A stretch of DNA of 64,000 bases, taken from the NCBI GenBank assembly GCA_051362555.1, contig CM120640.1, forward strand, positions 10,540,001-10,604,000, read 5' to 3'. The position numbers and the translations under genes are program-made. Each line of letters starts with the position of its first letter. Position 1 is the stretch's first letter. The DNA is from Lingula anatina. Taxonomy: Eukaryota; Animalia; Brachiopoda. This document shows positions 1-13,300 of the stretch, piece by piece. Under the pieces are notes generated by a model. That model ran no database searches. It was not told the DNA's origin and saw nothing but the letters and a program-made list of their open reading frames with translations.

Positions 1-510
1 TTCCATTCTGAGATTCTGAACATAATGAATGATTGAATCTGACAAACTGCAATGATATGAGTTTATTTCCATTTTTGAAACTTTATTACACAATACACGA
101 TAACAAGTTTACCATCATTTTTACAAAATCAACTAACAATGTTGTAAAGATGCAGGAAATGTCAAACAAACACTTTTACGTATCTTATTAGTTTAATAAT
201 GAGACTGTTAACATGCCTAAGAATTGAATCTGAGGAAATGTGAAAAATATGCTGAAAAGTGAAAAAACAGCATAACTTCTACAATAATGGCCCGATCATG
301 CTGATTTTCGAACTTGACCTGCGTTTTATGAATATTCATCAGCTCTGTAAATATAAAGCCAAAAAGTAAAACTGCCCTCCACTTATCGTGTTTACAAGGA
401 AAGTGCACGGCGCCGGCATCGCCATCGGCATCGCCATCGCCATCGGCGACGGCGACGACAGACGCAGGTGATGGCAATATGTACAGACACATCTGTGTCT
501 GTACATAATA
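1..510 (-). mobile_element. Copy of a repeated intronic element (Helentron-associated/DINE-like), truncated by window edge
   Basis: Nearly identical to 5923-6435. Carries a terminal hairpin TATGTACAGACAC-atct-GTGTCTGTACATA next to an A/T run, a (GCCGAT)-type microsatellite and a GAACTTGACC-containing core repeat. Confidence 0.6.
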
Positions 511-1332
511 AAAGGCATCTATTTAGGTTCAGTTTTAATTGATTAAACTACTTAAAAAAACACAAGAAAAAGTTGTCAGTAAAGTCACTAAAAAGCTTTA
601 AAAACAAAATTAGTAGCCACAATAAGTACGCATTGTATAAGCAATAAAATAAGGGAACCCAAAAAATAGCACCACTGAAAAACTTAAAGAAAAGTAATAT
701 TGTTTCTGCATATCACATATGCTGCCATAAATTCATCCAGTCCTTCCCTCATATATATACATCAAAAGCAATATAAATAATTTTATACATAAACAATCTG
801 GTAACATTCACATGCCATTTCTACAGAAAAAGTTTTAAAACAAACTTTGGATTGAGCTCAGTAATCAAAATACTGATTGACAGGTTACAGAAAACTACTC
901 TCTCCTAATGACCAGGAAATCAAGAAGGAAAAAAAATCTCTCTTTGCTTTTGTTGTTTCTTTTTAGATATCTATAGAAATTAAACTTCACTGTGATTCAA
1001 CTGAAGTAAAATCAGCTACTCATTTTGATTTTCAAAGTCATTTTTAAACAATTTCAATTTGAGCTTATGTATATCCAAAAAGGTCAGTAAAATATAGATT
1101 GTACTGATAACTTATATAATAAAAATGATCTATTTAATTTGTAGGGACACAAACTCAGAATATTGGGTTGGTCTGTTGATTTTTTAATATACATTTTCAT
1201 GTGCAAAATTATTGACATATGTCACAAGAGGAAACAGTTTTTGCCCCTTATTAAAAAAGTTCCTTCTTTAAGAAAAACCTCTGCCATGCAGAATATTGTA
1301 TGGCACGTTTCATAGCAGCAAGTAAAGCCTAC

Positions 1333-4300
1333 CTCTCAGTTCCTTCACATAGGTAGAACCTTTACTATAAACTGCTGAGGTGACACTTTCAAGTTGGCTT
1401 CCGATAGGAGCACTTTGAACCTCTTCTTTCATTTCTAGTACACCTTTCTTAACTTCTTTCATGCCATGGCCAAGGCTTTCCACTGTACCCGCTAATCCTT
1501 GTTTTAGATCATCCAATTTGATCTTGTCCAACTGCTTCTTTTCCAATCCATGTTTTAGACCCGTGACTGTACTAGACAAACCCTCCTTACTTTGATCTTT
1601 AAAAGGATCCATTGCAAGCACAAAGAGAAAGACAAGAAATAATAAGCAAGACAACAACCACTGTTAAGCATCCATTTTCAGGCTTGTAAGGGTGCTTTTC
1701 ATAGTCAATTTTTTAACATTATCACATCTTGCAAACTGCCACTTTCACAAAGCTTTCCCAATGCCAAGTGCTTCCAATGTTAGACCAACTGGTAATGGTG
1801 ACTGACTTACAATTTAGGTCCAATATGAAACCATAGTTGCCCCACTGTTTTTCACTAAACAGAAAACCCACCAATAAAAGAACATGTTAAGCTGTATGGA
1901 CAGTAACCATTACCAGTGATTGGATACAAGATTTGCACACAAAATATTAGTCAGTTATATAACACAACATTTTTTAGAAATCATCAACCAATTATTGTCA
2001 TCTAACAAAAATAAAAACCTAGCAAACCACACCACTATATGCAGAAGAATAACTATTCATACGCAGCCACACAGAGGGGGAAATTACAAACAATACACGC
2101 ATGACATCTAGCAACATCAAACTTAAAAATCAATACATGTGGGTGTTTCACTGTGTCTTATCATGAAGATGATAATGTCTTTATAATATCATTACTGGGA
2201 AATGGTATAACATCAAAGGGATACTGCAGTTACTTAGTAGATTGCCTGATTACATTGGCTCAATAATCACACTCTGGGGTATGGTTGAGTATGATGATGA
2301 CAAAGACAAACAATGCTGGTATTATCTGTTCAAAATGATTAACAAATGTTTCTGACAAGCAAAAAGGAAAAGGCGGTTATTTATCTGAATAAAATGATGG
2401 AAAATGATGTTTATATGATTCTTATTTTAGTGTTTTTAAGACAATAAGAACTTGTTAAACAATTAAAAATTTCTTGAGAGATCTGGAATTATTTTTCAAC
2501 CAAAAATATTTGGACTTACCAAACAGTTCTGAAAGAGTGCTGCTTGCTTGTTTGGCATAGCCATTGATTTCACTGCCAAGGCTGCTTATAATAGACTCCT
2601 TGTTGTCACCCTGACCATCACCCTTCAAGCTCAGTCCCTGCAAACAAATCCAGAGCTCCAATATAAGTGTTCTCAAGTTGTTTCTATCATTCCCTCCTCC
2701 AACAAATTAAATTAGTCAAATATATAATGTGCTTATCATCATTCTTTAAACTTATCACACTCAGTATGTATAGAATTCAATCAGTGAAGATGTGTGGTTT
2801 CCATGAACATTATTTGTCATTTCTAAATGAAATGTTATTTTAATGAGACACCACAAATCATCTCTTTTGTGATGTGTTGAAAACTCACCCTGGCAGCAAA
2901 TGAGCTTTGTGATTGGGCAATGTGTGGCGAGTCTCCACCCCCTGACCTGTTTATCACTGTTGTGGAATCCGAGCTAATTCTTCCCCGCTGGCTACTAGCC
3001 TGTCCTGTGGAGTTGGTGGAGCCACTGTAAGCTGAATCGCTGCTACTTCGAGATATTGGTACTAGGACTTTTGATTCTATACGTGGTTTGGGACTAAAAA
3101 TATAAAATATTGAAAAGTATGAAGTGTGTCAATGTGCCTGCACACATACAATTACATTGCAAAGCTATAAACCTTAAGAAAATAATATTTTTATTTAATT
3201 CCAAGTGTATCAATCTTTATTAGATATAAAAATAGAACAAACAGAATAATCAAAAAACTTATAAGAAGCTATAACCCTTAAGAAAAGATTATTTTTATTC
3301 AAGTCCGAGTGTATCAATCTTTATTACTTATAAAAATAGAACAAATACAATAATCCAAAAACTTATAAGAAGATGGTATCTTTGATGTAATACTGTCATA
3401 TTTTGTACTTTAGAGAAAAATGGTTAGCTGTCCATGATACTAGTGAATGATTTTCTTATTTTAACTGTCATATGGGGTGGCTGCCTCATATACTGAATGA
3501 ATTTTTTTTTCTTAGTTACACATACCTTATCGCTTGTCCTGGGATGCTACCATTGGGTGGTGGAACAGAATCAAATACACTGCCTGGGGAGTCCAAGTCA
3601 TTCTGGAAGTGGACAAATTTATAGAATATCATAATGATACCTGAACAAAATTTATTTTTAAAGTAAATTAAATGTCAAAACATTCCAAACCTAGACCATG
3701 TTTCTAGTCCTTACATAATTAATTAACAAACAAAATAAAATAAATAAATGAACAAAAAATAGTAATAATAGAAATAAATATATGCCAGTGGTCTATATTA
3801 CTGAAATCACTCACCCCAGGGGAGTCTACTTGTGAGCCTGCTTGGGAATTAGTTTTGTCCATATCACTGGCATACTGCAGAGGACCTGAGGAGGAATCAG
3901 AGTCCATCTCGCTATCCTCAGAAGAGGAGGAATCAGTGGGGCATATCAGTGGCTCCGGCACCTGGAGCTCTCTCGGTGGAGCATACACATAAGATGTGTC
4001 TTTGGTGATACTGTCCACGTCAAACACTTCTGAATAAGATAGACATGAGACATGAGCAATGCATCTAAACGATTGTGAAAACAAGGCAGCAAAGCTGTCA
4101 AATGTACAGACAAAAAGCAGGAAAAAACAAAATAGGGTACTGTCAATTCTGACGCAAAAGTATATTATGTTAAACTGCAAATTCAACATCAAATTTTAAT
4201 TATGCTCAACAGGTAATTCCAATGTAAGTAAAATGTGTAACAAGCATAAGGCTTCAGCCCCATAGGAGTTCAAGTTCACACTCTGAAAATGTATAACTTC

Positions 4301-7300
4301 CAGAAAAAGAAGTCAATTAGACTGCTTTTCCAACTCAGGCTGCATTTTAGTCCTGTATTTCTTTTTTGAAAGTTTGGCAATCATAAGTAACATGGTTTTC
4401 CCATAATGGTTTTCATGGCAGCAGCACCCAAAATTGTGTGTTCTTCTATTCTGATGCAATATTACATAATGGTTAACAGCATAATGACAATCAATTTTTA
4501 ATAATAAAATAAAGGTATCATGGATTTTCAGAAAATGTGACTAGCAAAGGTCTTCATGCCCATGGAACTTCAAAGTGACACCTTGAATATGCCAAAATAA
4601 AAACTAGACAGCACTGTTCTGAAATGGGTTTATTTCCATTTTTAACACTTTTTAATATAAAATGAAATAAACAGTTTACTGCCATTTTTATATGATCAAC
4701 TAAGAAAATTGATGACATGGGACAAATATCAATAGAACTGTGGCAAATGTCCAATTTCCTCCATTCTGACATTCTGAACATAGTGAATGATTGAATCTGA
4801 CAAAATGAGTTTTTTTCCATTTTTGACACTTTATTACACAATACACGATAACAAGTTTACCATCATTTCTACATAATCAACTAACAATGTTGTAAAGATG
4901 CAGGAAATGTCAAACAAATACTTTTATGTGTCTTATTAATTAAATAATAAGACTGTTAACATGCCTAAGAATTGAATTTGAGGAAATGTGAAAAAACAGC
5001 ATGACTTCTAAAACAATGGCCCGATTATACTCATTTTCAAACTCAACCTGCATTTTAGTAAGATTGACCACTCCTGTGAGTTTAATGTCAATATCTGTTT
5101 TTCTTATATTGTGTTTACAGTGTTGCATATATGCTAAAAAGTGAAAAAACAGCATAACTACTAAAATAGTGGCCCGATCATGCCGATTTTCGAACTTGAC
5201 CTGCGTTGTAGTAAGATTGATTACTCCTGTGAGTTTCATGACAACAGGCCTATCGGTTTTCCTTAATATGTGTTTACAGGGTTGCATATATGCTGAAAAG
5301 TGAAAAAAAAGCATAACTTCTACAATAATGGCCCGATCATGCTGATTTTCGAACTTGACCTGTGTTTTATGAATATTCATCAGCTCTGTAAATATAAAGC
5401 CAAAAAGTAAAACTGCCTTCCACTTATCGTGTTTACAATGAAAGTGCACGGCGTCGGGGCTGGCGATGACGGCGACGACAGACGCAAGTGATGGCAATAT
5501 GTACAGACACATCTATATATATATTTACTGTACTGTTTGAGAACAGTAAGTGACATGGTTTTTCTTAAATGGTCATCATGGGAGCAGTGCCCAAAATAGG
5601 TTTTTTTCAAATTTGGATGCAATATTACATAATGTTTAACAGCATAATGACCATCAATTTTTAATAATAAAATATTAGTATCATGGATATTCAGAAAATG
5701 TGACTAGCAAAGGTCTTCAGGCCCATGGAACTTCAAAGTCACAACTTGAAAATGCCAAAATGTAAATAAGACAGCACTGTTCTGAAATGTTTTTTTTCCC
5801 ATTTTTAACAATTTTTAACATAAAACAAAATTAACAGTTTACTGCCATTTTTATATGATCAACTAAGAAAATTGATGAGATGGGAAAAATATCAATAAAG
5901 CAGTGTTAAATGTCCAATTTCTTCCATTCTGAGATTCTGAACATAGTGAATGATTGAATCTGACAAAATGCAATGATATGAGTTTATTTCCATTTTTGAA
6001 ACTTTATTACACAATACACGATAACAAGTTTACCATCATTTTTCCAAAATCAACTAACAATGTTGTAAAGATGCAGGAAATGTCAAACAAAAACTTTTAC
6101 GTATCTTATTAGTTTAATAATGAGACTGTTAACATGCCTAAGAATTGAATCTGAGGAAATGTGAAAAACATGCTGAAAAGTGAAAAAACAGCATAACTTC
6201 TACAATAATGGCCCGATCATGCTGATTTTCGAACTTGACCTGCGTTTTATGAATATTCACCAGCTCTGTAAATATAAAGCCAAAAAGTAAAACTGCCCTC
6301 CACTTATCCTGTTTACAAGGAAAGTGCACGGCATCGGCATCGGCATCGGCATCAGCATGGCCATCGGCATCGGCATCGGCGACGACAGACGCAGGTGATG
6401 GCAATATGTACAGACACATCTGTGTCTGTACATAAAAATGACCATGTCACTTTGTGCTTAAAATCAGATGGCAACTTAAGCTTGAGTTAATTATACAATA
6501 TAATTTTTAAATAGCCATCTTAAATTTAATTACTTAATTCTAATGAGAATAGAATAGTTTTAAATGTCTAAAATCTTTCTAAAACAGAGGCAATTGTTTA
6601 CAAATGAAGATAAATGAAAATAAATATATGGAAAATTTTCAACCTGGTGTTTCTCCATTAATTTCACTGTTGACCATATCAATGACAAAATCACTGAGTG
6701 AAGAATATGATGAACTGCTGCCTCCACCATCACTGTCACTACCACTTTCATCTTAAAAACAAATGATTTCCTATCTATAACAAATATTCTTTAAAAAGTT
6801 AAAATGGAAAAATACATACCTTTTGGGCAAGATGTCCCTTACATCGTAAAAATACAATAATTTCAATTATGATCCAACAGGATTAGTGACTTAATATATC
6901 AACAAAAGGGATTAATTGCAGAATCCATACCTTCTAGAGAATGTGACATGCTATTACTACCTGTTGGGTCCTCTTCCTGAGCTCTCTCAGCAGCAGTTAA
7001 AGCCATTCCCAGACTTGAAGTATTATCATACACTCGGAACTGAACTTCTTGCAGCTGCTTGCTGTACCACTTAGGTTTGTCTCCAATAAGAGACGGGTCA
7101 AACACCCCCGTCTGAACCCTCAGGAAAACCATGTTTGTGGGATTTAAGTAAAACTCAGCAAAGTACTCAACAGCCTGAAGAGATAAATGGAGGGTCAGTC
7201 AGTTCATCTTATTATCTGTTTGTCCAGAGTTTTAAACTTATTTCAGCATTCAATTAAACTCAAATATTTATGATTACAGCTCACTGTTCACTAAAAGCTT

Positions 7301-10300
7301 TTTAAGAAAACTATTTTTATGATTAAGTCTTGTGAGATTCAGAAAATAACAATATATATATAAAAATTTTGTCTGTTAATTTGTTTACCTGAGTTCTTGC
7401 CAGCCTGATAGCAAATGTTGTCCGTGTGGGTCTGGACTTAACAAAGCTGGATATCTGAAAGGCCACTACAGGCCGTGGATACAGACGTAATGTTCGCGTG
7501 TGCTCACTGAAGTTACCCAGGAGGTTGGGAGAGTTGAAGAATCTAACCTGTAGGTATAAAAATAAAAATAATAATAATAATAAAATTAAAAAAAACTGAC
7601 TGTAATACAAAATAGCGACATTCATTTTATTCAATCGCTAAAACTTCCATGAGGTCAATCAACCTAGTAACTTTGAAATACTTGATTTTTGTAAGGTTTG
7701 ACACAAAATCTACTGGTAAATAGCCTTGGACTGGTGTCTAGCATCACAGACTATATACATCAGTAACAAAGGTGAAAGGAAGAATTTGAAATACCATAAT
7801 TCAACACTACCACCAGCATAGACTTTCACCTTATGACATTGCAGGCAAAAGTATAAAAACATTTACTTGCAGTTACATCATACTTTATTCAATAAGCTAA
7901 CGAGCTTAACAAGATTACCATGGAAACACATGATTTATAATACATCAGTGTACATGTAACCATCCAGCATAAGTATAAAGGCTAGATTGTCTTCAATGTC
8001 ACCGTTTTATTTAAACATGACATACAGAAGAAACTTAACAAATAAATCCCTGTAGCATATAACATTTATCAAAGTGAATATTTTGAGATAATGAAAAATT
8101 AAATTTAATTCTGGATCTTACATTGAAATAGAGATTACAATGTTTCAACCTTATTGCAAGGTCTTCATCAGGTGAAATGATTTTGAATTATCACCAGTGC
8201 CATTCACAGAACATTACCATGTCACTGGTGACAGTTCAAAATCAGTTCACCTTCAGAAGACCTTGCAATAAGGTCAAAATGGCATGATCTCTGTTTCAAC
8301 TTAAGATCCCGTATTAGACTTAATTTTCTCATTATCTCAACATAACATTTACATAGTAAAACTAATAAAAATGTCAGACATTATAAAAACTACGAAGGTT
8401 CTACGTAGTTATGGGCCTTCTGAAATCTAGCTGGATTATTATACCCTAATGACTCCTGCGTGGTTGCTCTGCTCTGGACTTGAATTTGAATATGATGCTA
8501 ATAAAAAATTGTAAACCTCTTGCTCTCCATGACATTGCTGATGACGATAAATCTACTGAAAATTTATCAAATTAGATTTCCCCACCAACCCCACCAAGTG
8601 TTAATGATTTCTCACTTTTGTTGAAACACAGCACTTGGTTTTATCTAATTTAGCCATCACAGTATGTCCCACAGGAATATTAGGATATGGATTTAAAGAT
8701 AATTAGTGCAGTTCACTAGAACTGTTTGCCAGAAAATCACCTTTTCAAATCCTCAGAGCTTAACTGACCATCATTATAACTCACAGCATCATGCAATAAT
8801 GCTATACCAGTTAAAAAATAAAATCATCATAAAATCTATAAATTTAGTATATGAAATATTGCTCTACATACCATAGCCACACGTGTGGCAATGTCTACAG
8901 AGTCCACATCATTGCCATAGATGAAAGGGTTAAAACCTGTGTTGGAGGAGTTGAAACTTTCCCGCCTTGGCCATAATTCTGGATTCTGAGCCAGGGTCTC
9001 AAGGTTCTTAATGGGTTGAGGAGTCATACTCATGCTAGCTAAAGCCTGTAAACAATCATTTCTTGCCTTCAAAATTCGCATTATGGAGTACGCATGATTG
9101 CATGCTTTTAAACATTACTGCTATTTTTTGTGCAATTATTCTTTATTGTCCCCATATATTTATCTTGATGCTTTAACTGTTGCGCTAAACAATATTCAAA
9201 GAGAAATTTAACAGAGCATACAATTCAAATATACACATGAAAAGACATATGTCATTTTCATTTATCTCCCACCAACACAACTACATCAACATGGTCTTTA
9301 AATTCATTCTCTCTCTCTTCAAGAAAATGTTCATAGTTATGAATCTCCCCCCCCCCCCCCCCTCTGAACTTACCTGTTTCAGGTGATTCTTCAGCAGTGA
9401 CCCCTCTGGCTCTGGAAATGGTGGCAGATCATCACAGCCTGAAGGCACCTTCACCTGGAAACACACAGAGCTACATGATACACCAGGAGAATACAACTGT
9501 AAAATGAAGGCTCCTCTACATATCTATTCAGCAGTATTATAACTGGGTGAGAAAATCACTTCACTTTTTGTATTGTTGTTTGTTATAACTTATGACTAAT
9601 GTTTTTTTCTGTACCACTAATAACAACATTCTATGGCTTGTAATCAATGTAAACAATTCTAAGTCATGCAAGGCAATGATATATGTTAAATCAATATAAA
9701 TGTGAAGTACATCTGCTGCATAATTTATTTTCTGACCCATGTTTTTTTTTTTTTTTTTTTTTTGTGACAGTAAGCATATCAATATTTCAGGATTTCCTCT
9801 ACTTTTATTTTAAAGAAACCAGTGCATGGTGATAGGAAATTGGACTTGAGGTGGGACGGCGCTAATCAGTTTTATTGCACATCAATAGACACCACAAACT
9901 ACTGGTTTCTAACTGTTAGGCATCCTTATCAGTTGTTACATGTTCTCTTACCTTATTAGAGTCCAAGTCCACCAACCACACATCATCGGGTAATTGGAAA
10001 TCCCTTTTATATAATAGGAAGCTGGCAGGCACACCAATTATGTAGGGAGTGGGTGCCAATAGCAACTGAAACAATAAAAAAGAGTAAGAGAGAGGATCAG
10101 TATCAAATCAATGATTCTTTACATTTAAAACAAATTTGCAAAAAAAACAATTCCAAATCTTGAGCTACATTGTTTCAATTCTTTTTTTATATTGGTACTA
10201 ACAGTAAATCAATAGTACTAAAACCGTTGCCGATTTGGGAATAAATATATAATATCAATTGTAAAAGATTCCCAAAAGAGAGGAGAAGTGAAATGGGGAT

Positions 10301-13300
10301 ATTTTCTGTATTATTACAGTAATCACAATTTCAATGTCTCATTTTCAACATACTGCTCATATGAACATCATTCCTGACATAAACCCAACTCAATTTTTGA
10401 ATCTTTTAAATGCTCACTTTGTGGCATTTAATAATGAAACATTGATTTTTTTTTCTTTTTGGGGTGGGGTGGGGGGGGGGCAAATGATTAATTACAATTG
10501 GTCCAATTCAGTAAGGAATTTTCTTATCTCAGCTCCAAGAAACCAGGAAAATCCATTCTTTTATCGACTTGAATTCAATTCTTATCAAAGTTGAGACTTC
10601 CTCTAAAGTTAATTTAGCGAACACTTGAAAATCTTATCACTGCAAAGATAACCAGATATTGGATTTTTAAGTGTACGGTTTCTGGGAGCTACAACTGCGA
10701 TAATCTTGTGCAAGCACTCAAGTCCAGAGGTTTTCACAGATATGATATTGATTGCCAATAAAAGAGGAACATAATCCCAATGAAAAGCATTTTCTGCTGC
10801 TTTATTAAGAAGCAAGCTTATTAATTCAAAATTAATAAATTGGACACAAAACAATTCCCAATGAAAAGTGTGTACATCCTGTGAAATACAGATTGTCAAG
10901 TATTAAAAATTGTGAGGTCTACATCTTATCACTTAGCACAGAGCATAATCAATGCCAACATCTAGCCTTAGGAAGACATTATGTCTAATGGAAAAGATAA
11001 AATGAGAAGAAATTCACTTAAAATGGGTTAATACTCTTCATAATGTCCTAAACAGCAGCAAATGAAACAAAGTACATACTATGCAGGTGGAGCAAACATT
11101 GGGCCGTCTGCTGCTTTTAATTTAATCACAGACCAAAAAAATTTAACACCCTGTGTTGTGAGAAACTAGTAAACTGAATGAAACCTATGCCTTTGAAGCA
11201 CTCCTCTCAATGACAGGACATCAATATTTGATAGAAAGGTCACTGCATTTTTATTACTCTGATACCATATTATTCCCCTACCACCAAATGCATCATAGAA
11301 ATGTAACACATGGTTCAATCTCAGAGCAAGAATAAGAATACAGCACAAATATAAATCATTCACTGTTATATCTTGGTCGTACTTTCAGAATATTCTACAT
11401 AGATAATGATAAAAATCAATACTGCTTGGACAGAAGATAAAGTAATGGTGCCGTTGTTGACCTTGGGTGACATGAAATCCTGTTTATGTGAAAAAGATAA
11501 AGCACTTTTAGTTGAGATAAACAGGCAGCAGGGGCAGAGTTTTAACATTTGGTGTGGTTAAAGTATACATATCGTATTTTATGGACTTGAGTTTCCTTTC
11601 AGGATGTGGGGGTTGGTTAGATAAATTGACCTTTTACTAGTAACTGCATAACTGCTCTGCAAACCCCATACATATAGACAGTAGTGGTATCATAGGGAAT
11701 GTTATAGTTTGTTGAAATAAAGAACAAACTATAATCAAATGTTGCATAAGATAAATCCATACTGTTTCAAATTACCATTATTTACATGATTATAGAATTG
11801 TCAATATTGCTGGGGGTAGGGGGGGTGGCATTCAACTACTTTTTTCCCCCCTGCCAAACTTTTCTTAGCAGCAGATTCATCAAACAGATGCAGGTTGCAG
11901 CTGGTTTTTCCACCACAAGATATGAAAAGCCAAAAATAAAATTATTAATAAAAGTCTCAAAATACCTGTTCTGCAGACCCCATACATGTAGGTAGTAGTG
12001 GTATCACAGGGAACATGTACTCCAGGGGGTATAACATAGACACAAAGGCTATCACACTCATAGTAAGGGCGTTGTAGTCACGAGATTGTAAAATTATCTG
12101 AAATCATGAAAAAAAAACATGTATTTGTAGTCATGAAAAAGAACGTGATCCTAAACAGTTGCTTGGTCTCCAACTCAAAGTAATAAACTTTAAAACTTCA
12201 AAAGATTATACATAATCTTTCTTTTACCATGTTTATTACCAAACAAACCATTCAAACCATGTTGAGGCTAGAAAAAATTTCTTTACAAACATTATTTACA
12301 TGAAAAAAGGGTTTTGTGCAAATAATTTCAGCTTAGTTTATGACTTATCCTAATAAGCAGCACCCAACCCAAAGGTCTCTTTTATAATACCATTCTTCCT
12401 TGATTTGCATGATAATAAATTTAACTCATAATAAAGAAGGACTCATAACTCATAAGAATTAGCATTAAACAGCTTGTCCTATTTTTCAGTTGGTATGGTG
12501 TTCAGCATATAGCGGTAAATTAACTTATGCATTCCTCATATTGGACTTGTTCTGAATATCAATTACTTATAAACAACTGTGTGTGCATGTGTGCAATTCA
12601 TAATATATCTGGAACATAACTTGGAATGGAAGTAGTGAAGCTGGGGCCGGTTTCACAAAGCAGTAGTTAGTTAGCGATCGGTAGTTAGCCTCTCGCTAGT
12701 TATAGTGCCGTTTCACGAAGCAGTCGCTAGTTCTCTCGCTCTTTATTGTGTCGTTGTTACCATGGATATTTAGCGACTGGTCAGACCAGTCGCTAACTCT
12801 AGAGTTTCATCGTACGCATGCGTAATGAGTGAAATAAAAAGGTTGCTTAGTTACCGTTGTCTGTCGTTTGTCTTTGTATCCAATATGGCGACGACCTTTT
12901 TTTGCTATCCGTACCCCCAGACGGCAACGTAGACTACGACGTTTTCATGAAAGGCAGAATCTATTAGAATATACACGCGATGATGCAATTTACGAGAGGT
13001 TGCGCCTAGCTGTGACAAAAAGAGCGGCTAAAAGGTGGTGGAGATCCTTTACGACGACCTCAAAGCAGACGTTCTTATGCATTTCCAGCCACCACAAATT
13101 GGAGAGTTAGTGCTTTCGTGACATTTTTACGCAAGAGTTCCACTTCCGGCAGACGGTTTCGAGACTACGGTGAGTAACGAGAGAACTAACGACCGAACTT
13201 TACGACTGAACTTAGCGATGAGTTAACGACTGCTTCGTGAAACACCCTTCGAAAATCGCTAAGTTTGCTCGTTAGCGAGGTAGTTCAGTAGTTAGTTGTT

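Noticed and set aside
217-6445. Similar ORFs at 217-492, 4940-5512 and 6138-6419 (MCLYILPS...ADADAD) as a novel small-protein family
   Set aside because: They lie inside a repeated intronic element; the low-complexity peptide comes from a microsatellite and the ORFs differ by repeat-unit number.
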